Assembly: GCA_963806415.1 (NCBI GenBank)
Contig: CAWDYD010000005.1
Location: 2,326,115-2,390,114 of the forward strand
Direction of reading: 5' to 3'
Length of the DNA: 64,000 nt
Source of the DNA: an uncultured Actinomycetota bacterium
Lineage (GTDB): Bacteria > Actinomycetota > Actinomycetes > Mycobacteriales > SCTD01
Below, one piece after another: positions 10,302-21,845 of the stretch (position 1 is its first letter; each line of letters opens with the position of its first letter). A program made the position numbers and the translations under genes. Below the pieces are notes generated by a model. The model was given only the letters and a program-made list of their open reading frames with translations. It had not been told where the DNA came from and did no database searches.

Positions 10302-11825
10302 ATGAGCTTCAACCTCGCCACGATCCTGCGGGAGTCGCGCACGACGACCCCGGACAAGCCGCTGATCCACCTCGGGGACGCGACCTTCACCTACGCCCAG
10401 GTCGACGAGATCTCCGGTCGGGTCGCGAGCTCGCTGCTCGCGTCCGGCCTGTCCGCCGGGGACAAGGTCGCCGTCCAGCTGCCGAACCTGCCGCAGTTCC
10501 TGTTCGCCTACTTCGGCATCCTCAAGGCCGGCCTGGTGATGGTGCCGCTGAACCCGCTGCTGCGGTCCGGGGAGGTCGCGTACCACCTCGAGGACAGCGA
10601 CGCGGCGGTGCTCATCACCTTCGAGATGTTCGCCGACGAGGCGGTCAAGGGCGCCGCGGAGGTCGAGGGCGTGCGCACCTACGTCGTGAACCTGCCGGGC
10701 AGCGACAGCCGGCCGGAGGGCACCACCTCCTTCGACGCGCTGTACGCCGGGGAGGACACCGGCGAGATCGTGCCGCTCGACCCGGGTGACACCGCGGTGC
10801 TGCTCTACACCAGCGGCACCACCGGCAAGCCCAAGGGCGCCGAGCTCACGCACTTCCAGCTGTTCATGAACTGCACGGTCGCCGGCGAGCTGTTCGAGTT
10901 CCGCGACGACGACATCGGCGTGGCGGTGCTGCCGCTGTTCCACGTGTTCGGCCTGTCCAGCGTCCTGAACATCACCGTCCGGTACGGCGGCACGATGGTG
11001 CTGGTGCCGCGGTTCGAGGTCGGTCCGGTGCTCGACGCGATCGAGAAGCACCGCTGCACGATCTTCTCCGGCGTGCCGACCATGTACTTCGCGATGCTCG
11101 GCGCCGACCTGGCCGGGCGCGACCTGTCCTCGCTGCGGGTCGGCATCTCCGGCGGCGCGGCGATCCCCGGCGAGACCATCCGCGCGTTCGAGAAGACGTT
11201 CCCGCAGTGCGTGATCCTGGAGGGCTACGGGCTGTCCGAGAGCGCCAGCACGACCACCTTCAACATCAACGCCGAGCAGCGCAAGGTGATGTCGATCGGC
11301 AAGCCGATCTGGGGGGTCGAGGTCCGCGTCGTCGACGACGAGGACCGTCCGCTGCCGCCCGGGCAGAGCAACGTCGGCGAGATCGTCATCCGCGGTCACA
11401 ACATCATGAAGGGCTACTACAAGAAGCCCGAGGCGACCGCGGAGGCGTTCCGCAACGGCTGGTTCCACACCGGTGACCTGGCCTACGCCGACGACGACGG
11501 CTACCTGTTCATCGTCGACCGCAAGAAGGACCTGGTCATCCGCGGCGGCTACAACGTCTACCCGCGCGAGGTCGAGGAGGTGCTGTACGAGCACCCGGCG
11601 GTCGCCGAGGCCGCCGTGCTGGGCCGGCCGGACGACAAGCTCGGCGAGGAGGTGATCGCCGTGGTGGCCCTCAAGGCCGGCGTCGACGCCACGCCGGAGG
11701 AGCTGGTGGCGTACTGCAAGGACCGGATGGCGGCCTACAAGTACCCGCGCGAGGTGCGCCTGGTCCCCGAGCTCCCGAAGGGCCCGACCGGCAAGATCCT
11801 CAAGAAGGAGCTGCGCGGGACGTGA
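10302..11825 (+). CDS. long-chain fatty acid-CoA ligase (AMP-binding enzyme)
   Basis: Intact 507-aa ORF with the AMP-binding motif LLYTSGTTGKPKGAELTH, plus GYGLSE, TGDLAYADDDGYLFIVDRKKDLVIRGGYNVYPREVEE and PKGPTGKILKKEL. Confidence 0.9.
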   Translation: MSFNLATILRESRTTTPDKPLIHLGDATFTYAQVDEISGRVASSLLASGLSAGDKVAVQLPNLPQFLFAYFGILKAGLVMVPLNPLLRSGEVAYHLEDSDAAVLITFEMFADEAVKGAAEVEGVRTYVVNLPGSDSRPEGTTSFDALYAGEDTGEIVPLDPGDTAVLLYTSGTTGKPKGAELTHFQLFMNCTVAGELFEFRDDDIGVAVLPLFHVFGLSSVLNITVRYGGTMVLVPRFEVGPVLDAIEKHRCTIFSGVPTMYFAMLGADLAGRDLSSLRVGISGGAAIPGETIRAFEKTFPQCVILEGYGLSESASTTTFNINAEQRKVMSIGKPIWGVEVRVVDDEDRPLPPGQSNVGEIVIRGHNIMKGYYKKPEATAEAFRNGWFHTGDLAYADDDGYLFIVDRKKDLVIRGGYNVYPREVEEVLYEHPAVAEAAVLGRPDDKLGEEVIAVVALKAGVDATPEELVAYCKDRMAAYKYPREVRLVPELPKGPTGKILKKELRGT

Positions 11826-13141
11826 GCGGCCCCCGGTACGCGGTGAGCGCCCCCTCGGCGGGCGAGCTGGCCGCCGAGGTCCGGGCCGGGCGCACCTGTC
11901 CGGCCGAGCTCGTCGAGCAGGCCCTGGACCGGATCGCGGCCTGCGACGACGAGGTCCGGGCCTTCGTCCTGGTCGACGCCGACGGCGCCCGGGCGCAGGC
12001 CCGGGACGTCCCGGACGGCCCGCTGCGCGGGGTGCCGGTCGCGGTCAAGGACCTGTTCGACGTGGCCGGTCAGGAGAGCCGGGCCGGGTCGCGGGTGCCG
12101 GCCGGGCCGGTCGCGGCACGGGACGCCCCGGCCGTCGCGCGACTGAAGGCGGCCGGCGCGGTGGTGGTCGGCCGGACCCGGACGCACGAGTACGCCTGGG
12201 GGCTCACCACCCAGCACGAGACGCTCGGCGGCACCCGCAACCCGTGGGACGCCGACCGCATCCCGGGCGGCTCGAGCGGCGGGTCGGCGGCGGCGGTCGC
12301 CGCCGGGATGGTCCCGCTCGCGCTGGGCACCGACACCGGTTGCTCGATCCGGCTACCGGCGGCGTGGTGCGGGCTGGTCGGGCACAAGCCGACCTGGGGG
12401 TCGGTGTCGCTGGACGGGGTCGTCCCGCTCGCCCGGTCGCTGGACCACGGCGGTGCGCTGGTCCGCACGGTCGCCGACGTCCGGCTGTGGATGTCGGTGC
12501 TCGCCGACCAGCGGCTCGAGCCGGGCGAGGTCGGCGGGCTGCGCGCCGGGACGGTCGCCGGTCCGCGGACGCCGGGGGTCGGCGCGGCCGTCGACGCCGC
12601 CGTGGCGACGGCCGGCGGTCTCGGGCTGCAGGTCCGGGAGGTCGCGATGCCGTACGCCGACCGGCTCGCCGAGACCTACTCGGGCGTGCAGGCCGTCGAG
12701 GCGCTGGCCTGGCACCGCGACACCGGCCGCTGGCCGGCGCACGCGCAGGCGTACGGCAGCGACGTGCGCGGCCACCTGGAACGCGCCGACGCGGCCGGGC
12801 CGGAACGCGCCGCCCGGGCGCAGGGAATGCGGGCAGCGCTGCGCACCGCGGCCGCCGAGCTGTTCACCGAGGTGGACGTGCTGCTGCTGCCGGTCGCCGG
12901 CAGCGGGCCGCCGACCACCGCGGATCCCACGACGACGCCGTTCGGGCCGGTGCGGGAGGCGGTCTTCGGCTGGACGCTGCTGGGCAACCTGTGCGGGCTG
13001 CCGGCCTGCTCGGTCCCGGTCGGCCTCGACGAGGACGGGCTGCCGGTGGGGCTGCAGGTGGTCGGCCCGCCGGGCGCGGACGGGCGGGTGCTCGACGTGG
13101 CCGAGCGGCTGCTCGTGCCGCTGCCCTGGGGGCAGGCCTAG
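11822..13141 (+). CDS. amidase (amidase-signature family)
   Basis: Intact 439-aa ORF with the amidase signature RIPGGSSGGSAAAVAAGMVPLALGTDTGCSIRLPAAWCGLVGHKPT. The GTG start overlaps the upstream stop (GTGA). Confidence 0.9.
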   Translation: MSGPRYAVSAPSAGELAAEVRAGRTCPAELVEQALDRIAACDDEVRAFVLVDADGARAQARDVPDGPLRGVPVAVKDLFDVAGQESRAGSRVPAGPVAARDAPAVARLKAAGAVVVGRTRTHEYAWGLTTQHETLGGTRNPWDADRIPGGSSGGSAAAVAAGMVPLALGTDTGCSIRLPAAWCGLVGHKPTWGSVSLDGVVPLARSLDHGGALVRTVADVRLWMSVLADQRLEPGEVGGLRAGTVAGPRTPGVGAAVDAAVATAGGLGLQVREVAMPYADRLAETYSGVQAVEALAWHRDTGRWPAHAQAYGSDVRGHLERADAAGPERAARAQGMRAALRTAAAELFTEVDVLLLPVAGSGPPTTADPTTTPFGPVREAVFGWTLLGNLCGLPACSVPVGLDEDGLPVGLQVVGPPGADGRVLDVAERLLVPLPWGQA

Positions 13142-13350
13142 GGCCTCGCTCGCCCCGCCCCGCCGCCATGCCTCGCCCGGCGTGTCCGCGGCTCGCGTGT
13201 CCGGCGGCCCCGAGCCATGCCTCGCCCGGCGCGTCCGCCTGTCGCGACCGGGGTGGTGTGGACGTCCAGGTCGCCCGGGCCGGCGCGGGCTGCTGCGCGG
13301 GGGCGTGCCGGCTGCGGCCAGGTGGACGCGGCAGCCACCCGGCCGAGTGC

Positions 13351-13408
13351 GGGGGCGGGCGCGCGCGGGCGGGGGCGGCGGGCGCGCGGGGCGCGGGGGT
13401 GCTGGGAG
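13351..13408 (+). other. G-run tract with G-quadruplex-forming potential
   Basis: gggggcgggcgcgcgcgggcgggggcggcgggcgcgcggggcgcgggggtgctggg contains eight runs of 3-5 G with short spacers (fits G3+N1-7 x4), inside a non-coding tract. Confidence 0.4.
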
Positions 13409-13533
13409 GCGGCATCCGCGCGGGTGAGCGGTGGGCCGGCCGGACGCTCCGCATCCGGCCAGCCGCTGCGCTCCGACGGCTCGCCGGCCGACCTGCCGGA
13501 TCGCGCGTCGACGCGGCTCACGGAAGTGGTCGG

Positions 13534-13603
13534 GGCGTCCACGTCGTGGTGCCGGCGGAACCGCCCCGCGTGCGGAGGCTGCGCTGGCCGCGCGGTGGAC
13601 GCC
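13534..13603. repeat. 9-bp inverted repeat GGCGTCCAC / GTGGACGCC separated by 52 nt
   Basis: ggcgtccac at 13534-13542 and gtggacgcc at 13595-13603. Further GTGGACG copies at 13258, 13322 and 13759. Same arms as 243-287. Confidence 0.5.
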
Positions 13604-13833
13604 GAAACCACCGGCCAGGCCGGGCGCGGCGCTCCGACCCGCGCCGGCCGCCCCACCAGCCGGGCGAGGGCTGGGCCTGGCGGCACGGAGTGGGAACAGC
13701 GTCCAGGGCGCTGCGGAGGCTGACCCGGGCCGCGTGCTGCGGAGCTGCCGCCCGCAGGGTGGACGACGACATCACGAGTCGAGGCGCACCGGCAGGCCGC
13801 GGGTGGGGGACGGGGGGCCGGGCGCAGCACCCG

Positions 13834-14064
13834 CTACGCGCGGGTGTCGACCTCGCCGTCGGGCGAGCCGGGCACGGCGTGCGCCACCGTCCACCCCGGC
13901 GACGTGGCCGGGTCCTCGCCCTCGCCGGGCGGCGTGCCGGTGGTCGAGACGTCCGGGAGCGAGCCGCCCGGGACGTCCCCGGGCGAGGGCACCGGCGGCA
14001 CGGCCCCCGGCGTCTGCGCCGGCACGTCGTCGTGCGCGGGCTCGACCGGCTGCTGCTCGCTCAT
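13834..14064 (-). CDS. small acidic proline/glycine-rich hypothetical protein (76 aa)
   Basis: ATG at 14064 with AGGAG 6 nt upstream. MSEQQPVEPAHDDVPAQTPGAVPPVPSPGDVPGGSLPDVSTTGTPPGEGEDPATSPGWTVAHAVPGSPDGEVDTRA. No recognisable domain. Confidence 0.45.
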   Translation of the reverse strand: MSEQQPVEPAHDDVPAQTPGAVPPVPSPGDVPGGSLPDVSTTGTPPGEGEDPATSPGWTVAHAVPGSPDGEVDTRA

Positions 14065-14175
14065 GTCTGCTCCTGGGACGGGGAACGTGCGGACGCTCCC
14101 CTCCGTGATCTCCGACCCCGGCGGGTCGGAAACCCGGACCCTGACTCCGACCGGGGCGCGTGGCACCGTGGGGGC

Positions 14176-15699
14176 ATGCTCGGTGTCGCAGGTGCCCGCG
14201 TCCTCGCGCGGTCCGGCCTGCTCGTCCCGCCCCGCCCGGACCGGCTGCTCGGCATGGGCCTGGCGGTGGCCCGCTGGCGGGTCACCCCGGCGACCGGCTA
14301 CGCGGTCGGCGCCGCCCGGCACCCCCGCAGGCTCGCGCTCGTCGACGACGACGGCGCGCTGAGCTTCCGCGACGTCGACCGGCGGACCGACCGGATCGCC
14401 GCCGAGCTGCGGGCCGACGGCGTACGGGCCGGGAGCACCGTGGGGCTGCTCGCCCGCAACGGCCGGGGCTTCGTGGAGGGCGCCGCGGCGCTCGCCAAGT
14501 GCGGCGCCGACGTGCTGTACCTGAGCACCGGCACCGCGGCCGGGCCGCTGCGCCAGGTGCTGGAGCGCGAGGCCGCCGAGCTGGTCGTCTGCGACGCGGA
14601 GTTCGCCGGGACGGTGCCGCGCGCCGTCACGACCGAGGACCTCGACGCGCTCGCCGACACCCCCGGCTCCGGCGCCCCCCGCTGGGTCCGCCGGACCGGG
14701 CGCCAGGTGCTGCTCACCAGCGGCACGACCGGCACGCCCCGGGGGGCCGCCCGCAGCGGCGCGCGGATCGAGGACGCCGTCGCGGTGCTCTCCGCGCTGC
14801 CGGTGCGCGCCCGGGGAGTGACGCTGATCGCCTCGCCGGTCTTCCACGCCTGGGGCCTCGGGCACCTCAACCTGGCGATGGCGCTCGGCTCCACGGTGGT
14901 GCTGCAGCGGCACTTCGACCCGGAGCGGGTGCTGCAGGCGGTGGCCCGGCACCGCCCGACGATGCTCGTCGTCGTGCCGGTGCTGCTCGACAAGATCCTC
15001 CGGGCCGACCCGTCGCGCTACGACACCTCCTCCCTGCGGGTGATCGCCTCCAGCGGCGGCCCGCTGCCCGGCGACGTGGTCGCCCGGACGTTCGAGGCGT
15101 TCGGGCCGGTGCTGCACAACCTGTACGGCTCGACCGAGGCGGCGTACGCCGCCGTCGCCACCCCCGCCGACCTCGCCGCGGACCCGCGCTGCGCCGGCCG
15201 GCCACCGCGGGGGGTGCGGCTGCGGGTCGTCGACGACGCCGGGCAGGACTGCCCGCCGGGGGTGCCCGGCCGGGTCTGCGTCGGCAGCGGGCTCGCCTTC
15301 GCCGGCTACACCGACGGCAGCGACCGCGACCGGCTCGACGGGCTGGTCGCCACCGGTGACCTCGGCGCGTGGGACGACGCGGGCCGGTTGACCGTGCTGG
15401 GCCGGGAGGACGACATGGTGGTCGTCGGCGGCGAGAACGTGTTCACCGGCTCGGTGGAGAACGTCCTGCTCGAGCACGACGCGGTGCAGGACGCCGCGGT
15501 CGTCGACCTCCCGGACCCGGCGTACGGCTCCCGGCTGGCCGCGCACGTGGTGCTGTCCCGCGACGTGCCCGCGGTCGAGCTGCAGGACTGGGTACGCGAC
15601 CGGCTGGCCCGCGCGGCCGTGCCGCGGGAGGTGCACGTGCACCCCGCGCTGCCGCGCAACGCGACCGGCAAGGTGCTCAAGCGGGAGCTGCGCGGGTGA
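14176..15699 (+). CDS. AMP-binding protein / acyl-CoA synthetase family
   Basis: [17 protein letters not shown] (AMP motif), [52 protein letters not shown]. The listed 12244-15699 ORF is only coding from about ATG 14176. Confidence 0.85.
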   Translation: MLGVAGARVLARSGLLVPPRPDRLLGMGLAVARWRVTPATGYAVGAARHPRRLALVDDDGALSFRDVDRRTDRIAAELRADGVRAGSTVGLLARNGRGFVEGAAALAKCGADVLYLSTGTAAGPLRQVLEREAAELVVCDAEFAGTVPRAVTTEDLDALADTPGSGAPRWVRRTGRQVLLTSGTTGTPRGAARSGARIEDAVAVLSALPVRARGVTLIASPVFHAWGLGHLNLAMALGSTVVLQRHFDPERVLQAVARHRPTMLVVVPVLLDKILRADPSRYDTSSLRVIASSGGPLPGDVVARTFEAFGPVLHNLYGSTEAAYAAVATPADLAADPRCAGRPPRGVRLRVVDDAGQDCPPGVPGRVCVGSGLAFAGYTDGSDRDRLDGLVATGDLGAWDDAGRLTVLGREDDMVVVGGENVFTGSVENVLLEHDAVQDAAVVDLPDPAYGSRLAAHVVLSRDVPAVELQDWVRDRLARAAVPREVHVHPALPRNATGKVLKRELRG

Positions 15700-15980
15700 C
15701 CGCGCCCGCCGAGCTCGACCTGCCCGAGGTCGACGAGGACGTCGCCGTCGACCGGCCCTGGGTGGCGATCGTCTGGAACGACCCGGTCAACCTGATGAGC
15801 TACGTGACGTACGTGCTGATGGAGCTGTTCGGCTACTCCAAGGCGAAGGCGACGGCGCTGATGCTGGACGTGCACCACAAGGGCCGGGCGGTGGTGAGCA
15901 GCGGGACGAGGGAGCAGATGGAGCACGACGTGGCGCGGCTGCACGGCAAGGGCCTGTGGGCCACCCTGCAGCAGGACTAG
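15696..15980 (+). CDS. clpS: ATP-dependent Clp protease adaptor ClpS
   Basis: [77 protein letters not shown] overlaps the upstream TGA. Confidence 0.9.
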   Translation: MTAPAELDLPEVDEDVAVDRPWVAIVWNDPVNLMSYVTYVLMELFGYSKAKATALMLDVHHKGRAVVSSGTREQMEHDVARLHGKGLWATLQQD

Positions 15981-15982
15981 CG

Positions 15983-16519
15983 GTGCACTTCAAGAAGACC
16001 CGCAAGGGCATCGAGACGGCGCCCGACGAGTTCGAGGCGGCGCTGCTGCGGCGCTTCGTGGAGGACCTGCTGGTGCTGCTCGGCGCGGAGCAGGAGGCCA
16101 GCGGCGACCCGCTGGAGGCGCTGCTCGGCGGGTCGGGCGGTCCGGTCGAGCCGCCGACCGACCCGGCGCTGGCCCGGCTGCTGCCGGACGCGTACGGCGG
16201 TGACGACGACGAGGCCAGCCGCGAGTTCCGCCGCTTCACCGAGGGCGACCTGCGGGCCGGCAAGCGCGCGCACTGCCGGCGGGTGCTGGCGACGCTCCCC
16301 GGCCCGGGCAAGGCGCTGCTGGACCGCGACGACGCCGCCGCGTGGCTGGGCTGCCTGAACGACCTGCGGCTGGTGCTCGGCACCCGGCTCGGCGTCACCG
16401 AGGACCTCGACCCCGACGGCCTGGACCCCGACGACCCGGCCACGCAGGCCCTGCACGTCTACGGCTGGCTGGGGTGGCTGCAGGAGTCCCTGCTCGGGTG
16501 CCTGACCCCGCGCCGCTAG
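15983..16519 (+). CDS. DUF2017 domain-containing protein (conserved ClpS neighbour)
   Basis: VHFKKTRKGIETAPDEFEAALLRRFVEDLLVLLG..FRRFTEGDLRAGKRAHCRRVLATLP..AAAWLGCLNDLRLVLGTRLGVTED. Conserved position after clpS in actinobacteria. Confidence 0.75.
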   Translation: MHFKKTRKGIETAPDEFEAALLRRFVEDLLVLLGAEQEASGDPLEALLGGSGGPVEPPTDPALARLLPDAYGGDDDEASREFRRFTEGDLRAGKRAHCRRVLATLPGPGKALLDRDDAAAWLGCLNDLRLVLGTRLGVTEDLDPDGLDPDDPATQALHVYGWLGWLQESLLGCLTPRR

Positions 16520-16528
16520 CCTGACCGG

Positions 16529-16927
16529 GTGCTCTCGCTGCCCCGGACCATGGTCGACCAGATCGTCGCGCACGCCCGTCGTGACCACCCCGACGAGGCG
16601 TGCGGCGTCGTCGCCGGCCGGGACGGCGTCGCCACCCGCGTCATCGAGATGGAGAACGCCGAGCGCTCGCCGACCTTCTACCGCTTCGACGCGCAGGAGC
16701 AGCTGAAGGTCTGGCGGTAGCTGGACGACGCCGACGAGGTGCCGTTCGTGATCTACCACTCGCACACCGCGACCGAGGCGTACCCGTCGCGTACCGACAT
16801 CACCCTGGCGTCCGAGCCGGACGCGCACTACCTGCTCGTCTCCACCCGCGCCGAGACCGACGAGGTGCGGTCGTTCCGCATCGTCGACGGGGTCGTCGAG
16901 GAGGAGCCGGTCGAGATCACGGCCTAG
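16529..16927 (+). pseudogene. mec: Mec-type JAMM/MPN+ metalloprotease with an in-frame TAG at 16718-16720
   Basis: MLSLPRTMVDQIVAHARRDHPDEACGVVAG..FDAQEQLKVWR-TAG-LDDADEVPFVIYHSHTATEAYPSRTD (JAMM H-x-H-x7-S-x2-D). Both halves are in the same frame, so the lesion is a substitution. The family usually has a sense codon (Glu-like) at that position. Confidence 0.8.
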
Positions 16928-17005
16928 CCCGGAATGCGGCGCCGCGCGGCGTCTGTTGACACCCGGTAGCACCGCAAGCCCCCGACAGGAAGAGGCACGC
17001 CCGAC

Positions 17006-17287
17006 ATGGCCATCGAGGTCCGGATCCCGACGATCCTGCGCACGTACACCGGCGGCGCGAAGACGGTCGAGGGCTCGGGCGGGACGCTGCTCGCCCTGCT
17101 CGACGACCTGGAGAGCCGGCACGCGGGCCTGCGCGGCCGTCTCGTCACCGACGACGGCGGCCTGCACCGCTTCGTCAACGTCTACGTCAACGACGAGGAC
17201 GTCCGCTTCCTCGGCGCGCTCGAGACCCCGCTGCAGGACGGCGACACCGTGACCGTGCTGCCCGCCGTCGCCGGCGGCTCCCGCTAG
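17006..17287 (+). CDS. cysO: sulfur carrier protein CysO (ThiS/MoaD family)
   Basis: MAIEVRIPTILRTYTGGAKTVEGSGGTLLALLDDLESRHAGLRGRLV..FVNVYVNDEDVRFLGALETPLQDGDTVTVLPAVAGG followed by SR and then the stop. Lies between mec and cysM. Confidence 0.88.
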   Translation: MAIEVRIPTILRTYTGGAKTVEGSGGTLLALLDDLESRHAGLRGRLVTDDGGLHRFVNVYVNDEDVRFLGALETPLQDGDTVTVLPAVAGGSR

Positions 17288-18874
<1,587 letters not shown>

Positions 18875-18878
<4 letters not shown>

Positions 18879-19675
18879 GTCGACGCGCCGATCGGGGTCT
18901 TCGACTCCGGGGTCGGTGGTCTCACGGTCGCCCGGGCGCTGCTCGACCAGCTGCCGCACGAGGCAGCTGCGCTACGTCGGCGACACCGCGCACGGCCCGT
19001 ACGGCCCGCTGCCGATCGCCGAGGTGCGCCGGCACGCCCTCGCGGTCTGCGACGCGCTCGTCGCGGACGGCGTGAAGATGCTGGTGATCGCCTGCAACAC
19101 GGCGAGCGCGGCCTGCCTGCGCGACGCCCGGGAGCGCTACGACGTGCCGGTCGTCGAGGTCGTCCTGCCCGCGGTCCGCCGGGCGGTCGCGGCGACCCGC
19201 ACCGGCCGGGTCGGGCGTGATCGGCACGACGGCGACGGTGACCAGCGGGGCCTACGACGACGCCTTCGCCGCGGCCGCCGCACGTGACCGTGACCAGCGC
19301 GGCCTGCCCGCGCTTCGTCGACTTCGTGGAGCGCGGGGTGACGACCGGCCGGCAGCTGCTGCAGCTCGCCACGCACTACCTCGAGCCGGTGCTGGCGGCC
19401 GACGTGGACGTCGCTGGTGCTGGGCTGCACGCACTACCCGCTGCTCACCGGCGTGATCTCGCTCGTGGTCGGGCGACGGCGTGACGCTGGTCAGCAGCGC
19501 CGAGGAGACCGCGAAGGACGTCTACCGGGTGCTGGTCCGGGAGGACCTGCTGCGCGGCGAGGACGCGCCGCCGCCGGAGCACCGGTTCCTGGCCACCGGC
19601 GACCCCGAGCCGTTCGCCCGGCTGGCCCGCCGCTTCCTCGGGCCCGCAGCTCGTGCCCGGCGGCCGCCGGCGTGA
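18875..19675 (+). pseudogene. murI: glutamate racemase; multiple frameshifts as sequenced
   Basis: [24 protein letters not shown] / [51 protein letters not shown] / [14 protein letters not shown] / [12 protein letters not shown] / [20 protein letters not shown] / [18 protein letters not shown], spread over three frames. Confidence 0.85.
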
Positions 19676-20430
19676 GGCTCACCGTGCTCGGCTGCTCCGG
19701 CACCTTCCCCGGCCCGGACTCGCCCTGCTCGGGCTACCTGGTCGAGCACGACGGCTACCGGCTGGTGCTCGACCTGGGCAACGGCGCGCTCGGCCCGCTG
19801 CAGCGCACCTGCGACGCTGCGCGACGTCGACGCGGTCTGCGATCAGCCACCTGCACGCCGACCACTGCCTGGACCTGGTCGCGCTGTCGTACGCGCTGCT
19901 GCTACCACCCGGCCGGGCGCCAGCCGCCGCTGCCGGTGCTACGGCCCGGCCGGGCTCGGCGACCGGATCCGCTCGGCGTACGAGGAGCCGCCGGCCGACG
20001 GCCTGGCCGCGGTCTACGACGTGCGCGACCGTGCGGGCCGGGCACGACGACCGAGCTCGGCCCGTTCACCGTGACCACCGCGCGGATCGACGCACCCGGT
20101 CGAGGCGCACGCCGTCCGGGTCGAGGCCGGCGGGCGCGAGCCTGGTCTACACCGGCGACACCGCCGCCAGCGACGCGCTGGTCGAGCTGGCCCGCGGCTG
20201 CGACCTGCTGCTGTGCGAGGCGTCCTGGCCGGACGACCCGCCGCCGCCGCCGGGCATCCACCTCACCGGGCGCGAGGCCGGCGAGCACGCCGCCCGGGCC
20301 GGCGCGGCCCGGCTGCTGCTCACCCACGTGATGCCGTTCGCACGACGGCGAGGCCCAGCTCGCCGCGGCGAGGCGGGGCTACGCCGGCCCGGCCGAGCTG
20401 GCCCGGGCCGGCGCCGTCTACCCGCTCTGA
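19672..20430 (+). pseudogene. MBL-fold metallo-hydrolase; frameshifted as sequenced
   Basis: [118 protein letters not shown]. Position equivalent to Rv1339. Confidence 0.8.
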
Positions 20431-20466
20431 GCAGGTCTGTCCGACCCACCCCCTAACCTCGGGGTC

Positions 20467-21214
20467 GTGACTCGTCCCGGTGGCCGCGCGCCCGACTCGC
20501 TCCGTCCGATCTCGCTGACCCGTGGCTGGCTGGACCACGCCGAGGGCTCGTGCCTGGTCGAGTTCGGCGCCACCCGGGTGCTCGTCGCGGCCAGCGCGCA
20601 GGCCAGGGCGTCCCGCGCTGGCGCAAGGGCTCCGGGCTGGGCTGGGTGACCGCGGAGTACGCCATGCTGCCGCGGGCCACGCACACCCGCAGCGACCGCG
20701 AGTCGGTCAAGGGCCGGCTCGGCGGGCGCACCCACGAGATCAGCCGGCTGGTCGGGCGCAGCCTGCGGGCCGCGATCGACCTGACGCTGCTCGGTGAGAA
20801 CACCATCGCCATCGACTGCGACGTGCTGCAGGCCGACGGCGGCACCCGCACCGCGGCGATCACCGGCGCCTGGTCGCGCTCTCCGACGCCTGCCGGCACC
20901 TGGACCGGCCGGCCGCGGTGACCCGTCCGCTGGCCGCCGTCAGCGTCGGGATCGTCGACGGCGAGCCGCGCCTGGACCTGGAGTACGTCGAGGACGTCGC
21001 CGCCGACACCGACATGAACGTCGTCGCGACCGCCGACGGCGACCTCGTCGAGGTGCAGGGCACCGCCGAGGGCGCGCCCGTTCGACGCGGGCCGAGCTCG
21101 ACGCCCTGCTCGACCTGGCGCTCGGCGGCATCGCCGAGCTCACCCGCCTGCAGGCCGACGCGCTGGCCCAGCCGCTCGCCGGCCAAGCACCGGGGCGTGG
21201 CGACCGCGCTGTGA
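20467..21214 (+). pseudogene. rph: ribonuclease PH; frameshifted as sequenced
   Basis: [43 protein letters not shown] / [71 protein letters not shown] / [48 protein letters not shown]. Confidence 0.88.
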
Positions 21215-21818
21215 CCGCCCCGCAGGTCGTCCTCGCCACCGCCAACGCCGGCAAGATCGCCGAGCTGCGCCGGATCCTGGCGCCGTACGGCCTGGAGCTG
21301 ACCGGGATCGACGGGGCGTACGACCCCGGGCCCGGAGACCGGCGCGACGTTCGAGGACAACGCGCTGGCCAAGGCCCGCGAGGCCGTCCGGCACACCGGC
21401 CGCCCGGCGGTCGCCGACGACAGCGGCCTGACGGTCGACGCGCTGAACGGCATGCCGGGGGTGCTGTCAGCGCCCGCTGGGCGGGCCGGCACGGCGACGA
21501 CGCGGCGAACCTCGCGCTGCTGCTGGCCCAGCTCGACCGACGTGCCGGACGACCGGCGCGGCGCGGCGTTCGTCTGCGCCGCGGCGTGGGCGCTGCCCGA
21601 CGGCCGGAGAAGGCGTGGTCCGCGGCGAGCTGCGCGGCAGCCTGGCCCGCGCGCCGCGCGGGACCGGTGGCTTCGGCTACGACCCGGTGCTCGTGCCGGT
21701 CGGCAGCGACCGGACGACCGCCGAGCTCAGCCCGGCGGAGAAGGACGCGATCAGCCACCGCGGTCAGGCGTTCCGCGAGCTCGCGCCGCGGCTGTCCGCG
21801 GCGCTGACCCGCAGCTGA
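21211..21818 (+). pseudogene. rdgB: non-canonical purine NTP pyrophosphatase RdgB/HAM1 family; frameshifted as sequenced
   Basis: [27 protein letters not shown] / [46 protein letters not shown] / [57 protein letters not shown]. Confidence 0.85.
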
Positions 21819-21845
21819 CGCCGCCGGGCGCGCGCCGCGGGCCGC

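Noticed and set aside
13142-13833. Decayed protein-coding gene in the 690-bp tract, since recurring GTGGACG could encode Val-Asp
   Set aside because: The motif copies fall in all three frames. No frame, even allowing single-base corrections, produced a segment resembling a real protein, so it is treated as non-coding repeat DNA pending a database search.
12244-14175. Long N-terminal extension of the 12244-15699 ORF, and the 932-3205 and 57604-60294 composite ORFs
   Set aside because: Only the C-terminal parts match protein families (AMP-binding from 14176; PPOX 57604-58032). The remainder runs through other genes' alternative frames or non-coding DNA. ORF 932-3205 merely strings together out-of-frame pieces of prfB and ftsE.
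5944-16000. Prophage or integrative element inserted at the tmRNA gene
   Set aside because: There is no integrase, excisionase or phage gene within 10 kb downstream. I did not see a duplicated copy of the tmRNA 3' end in this window. Only the truncated methyltransferase hints at an old event.
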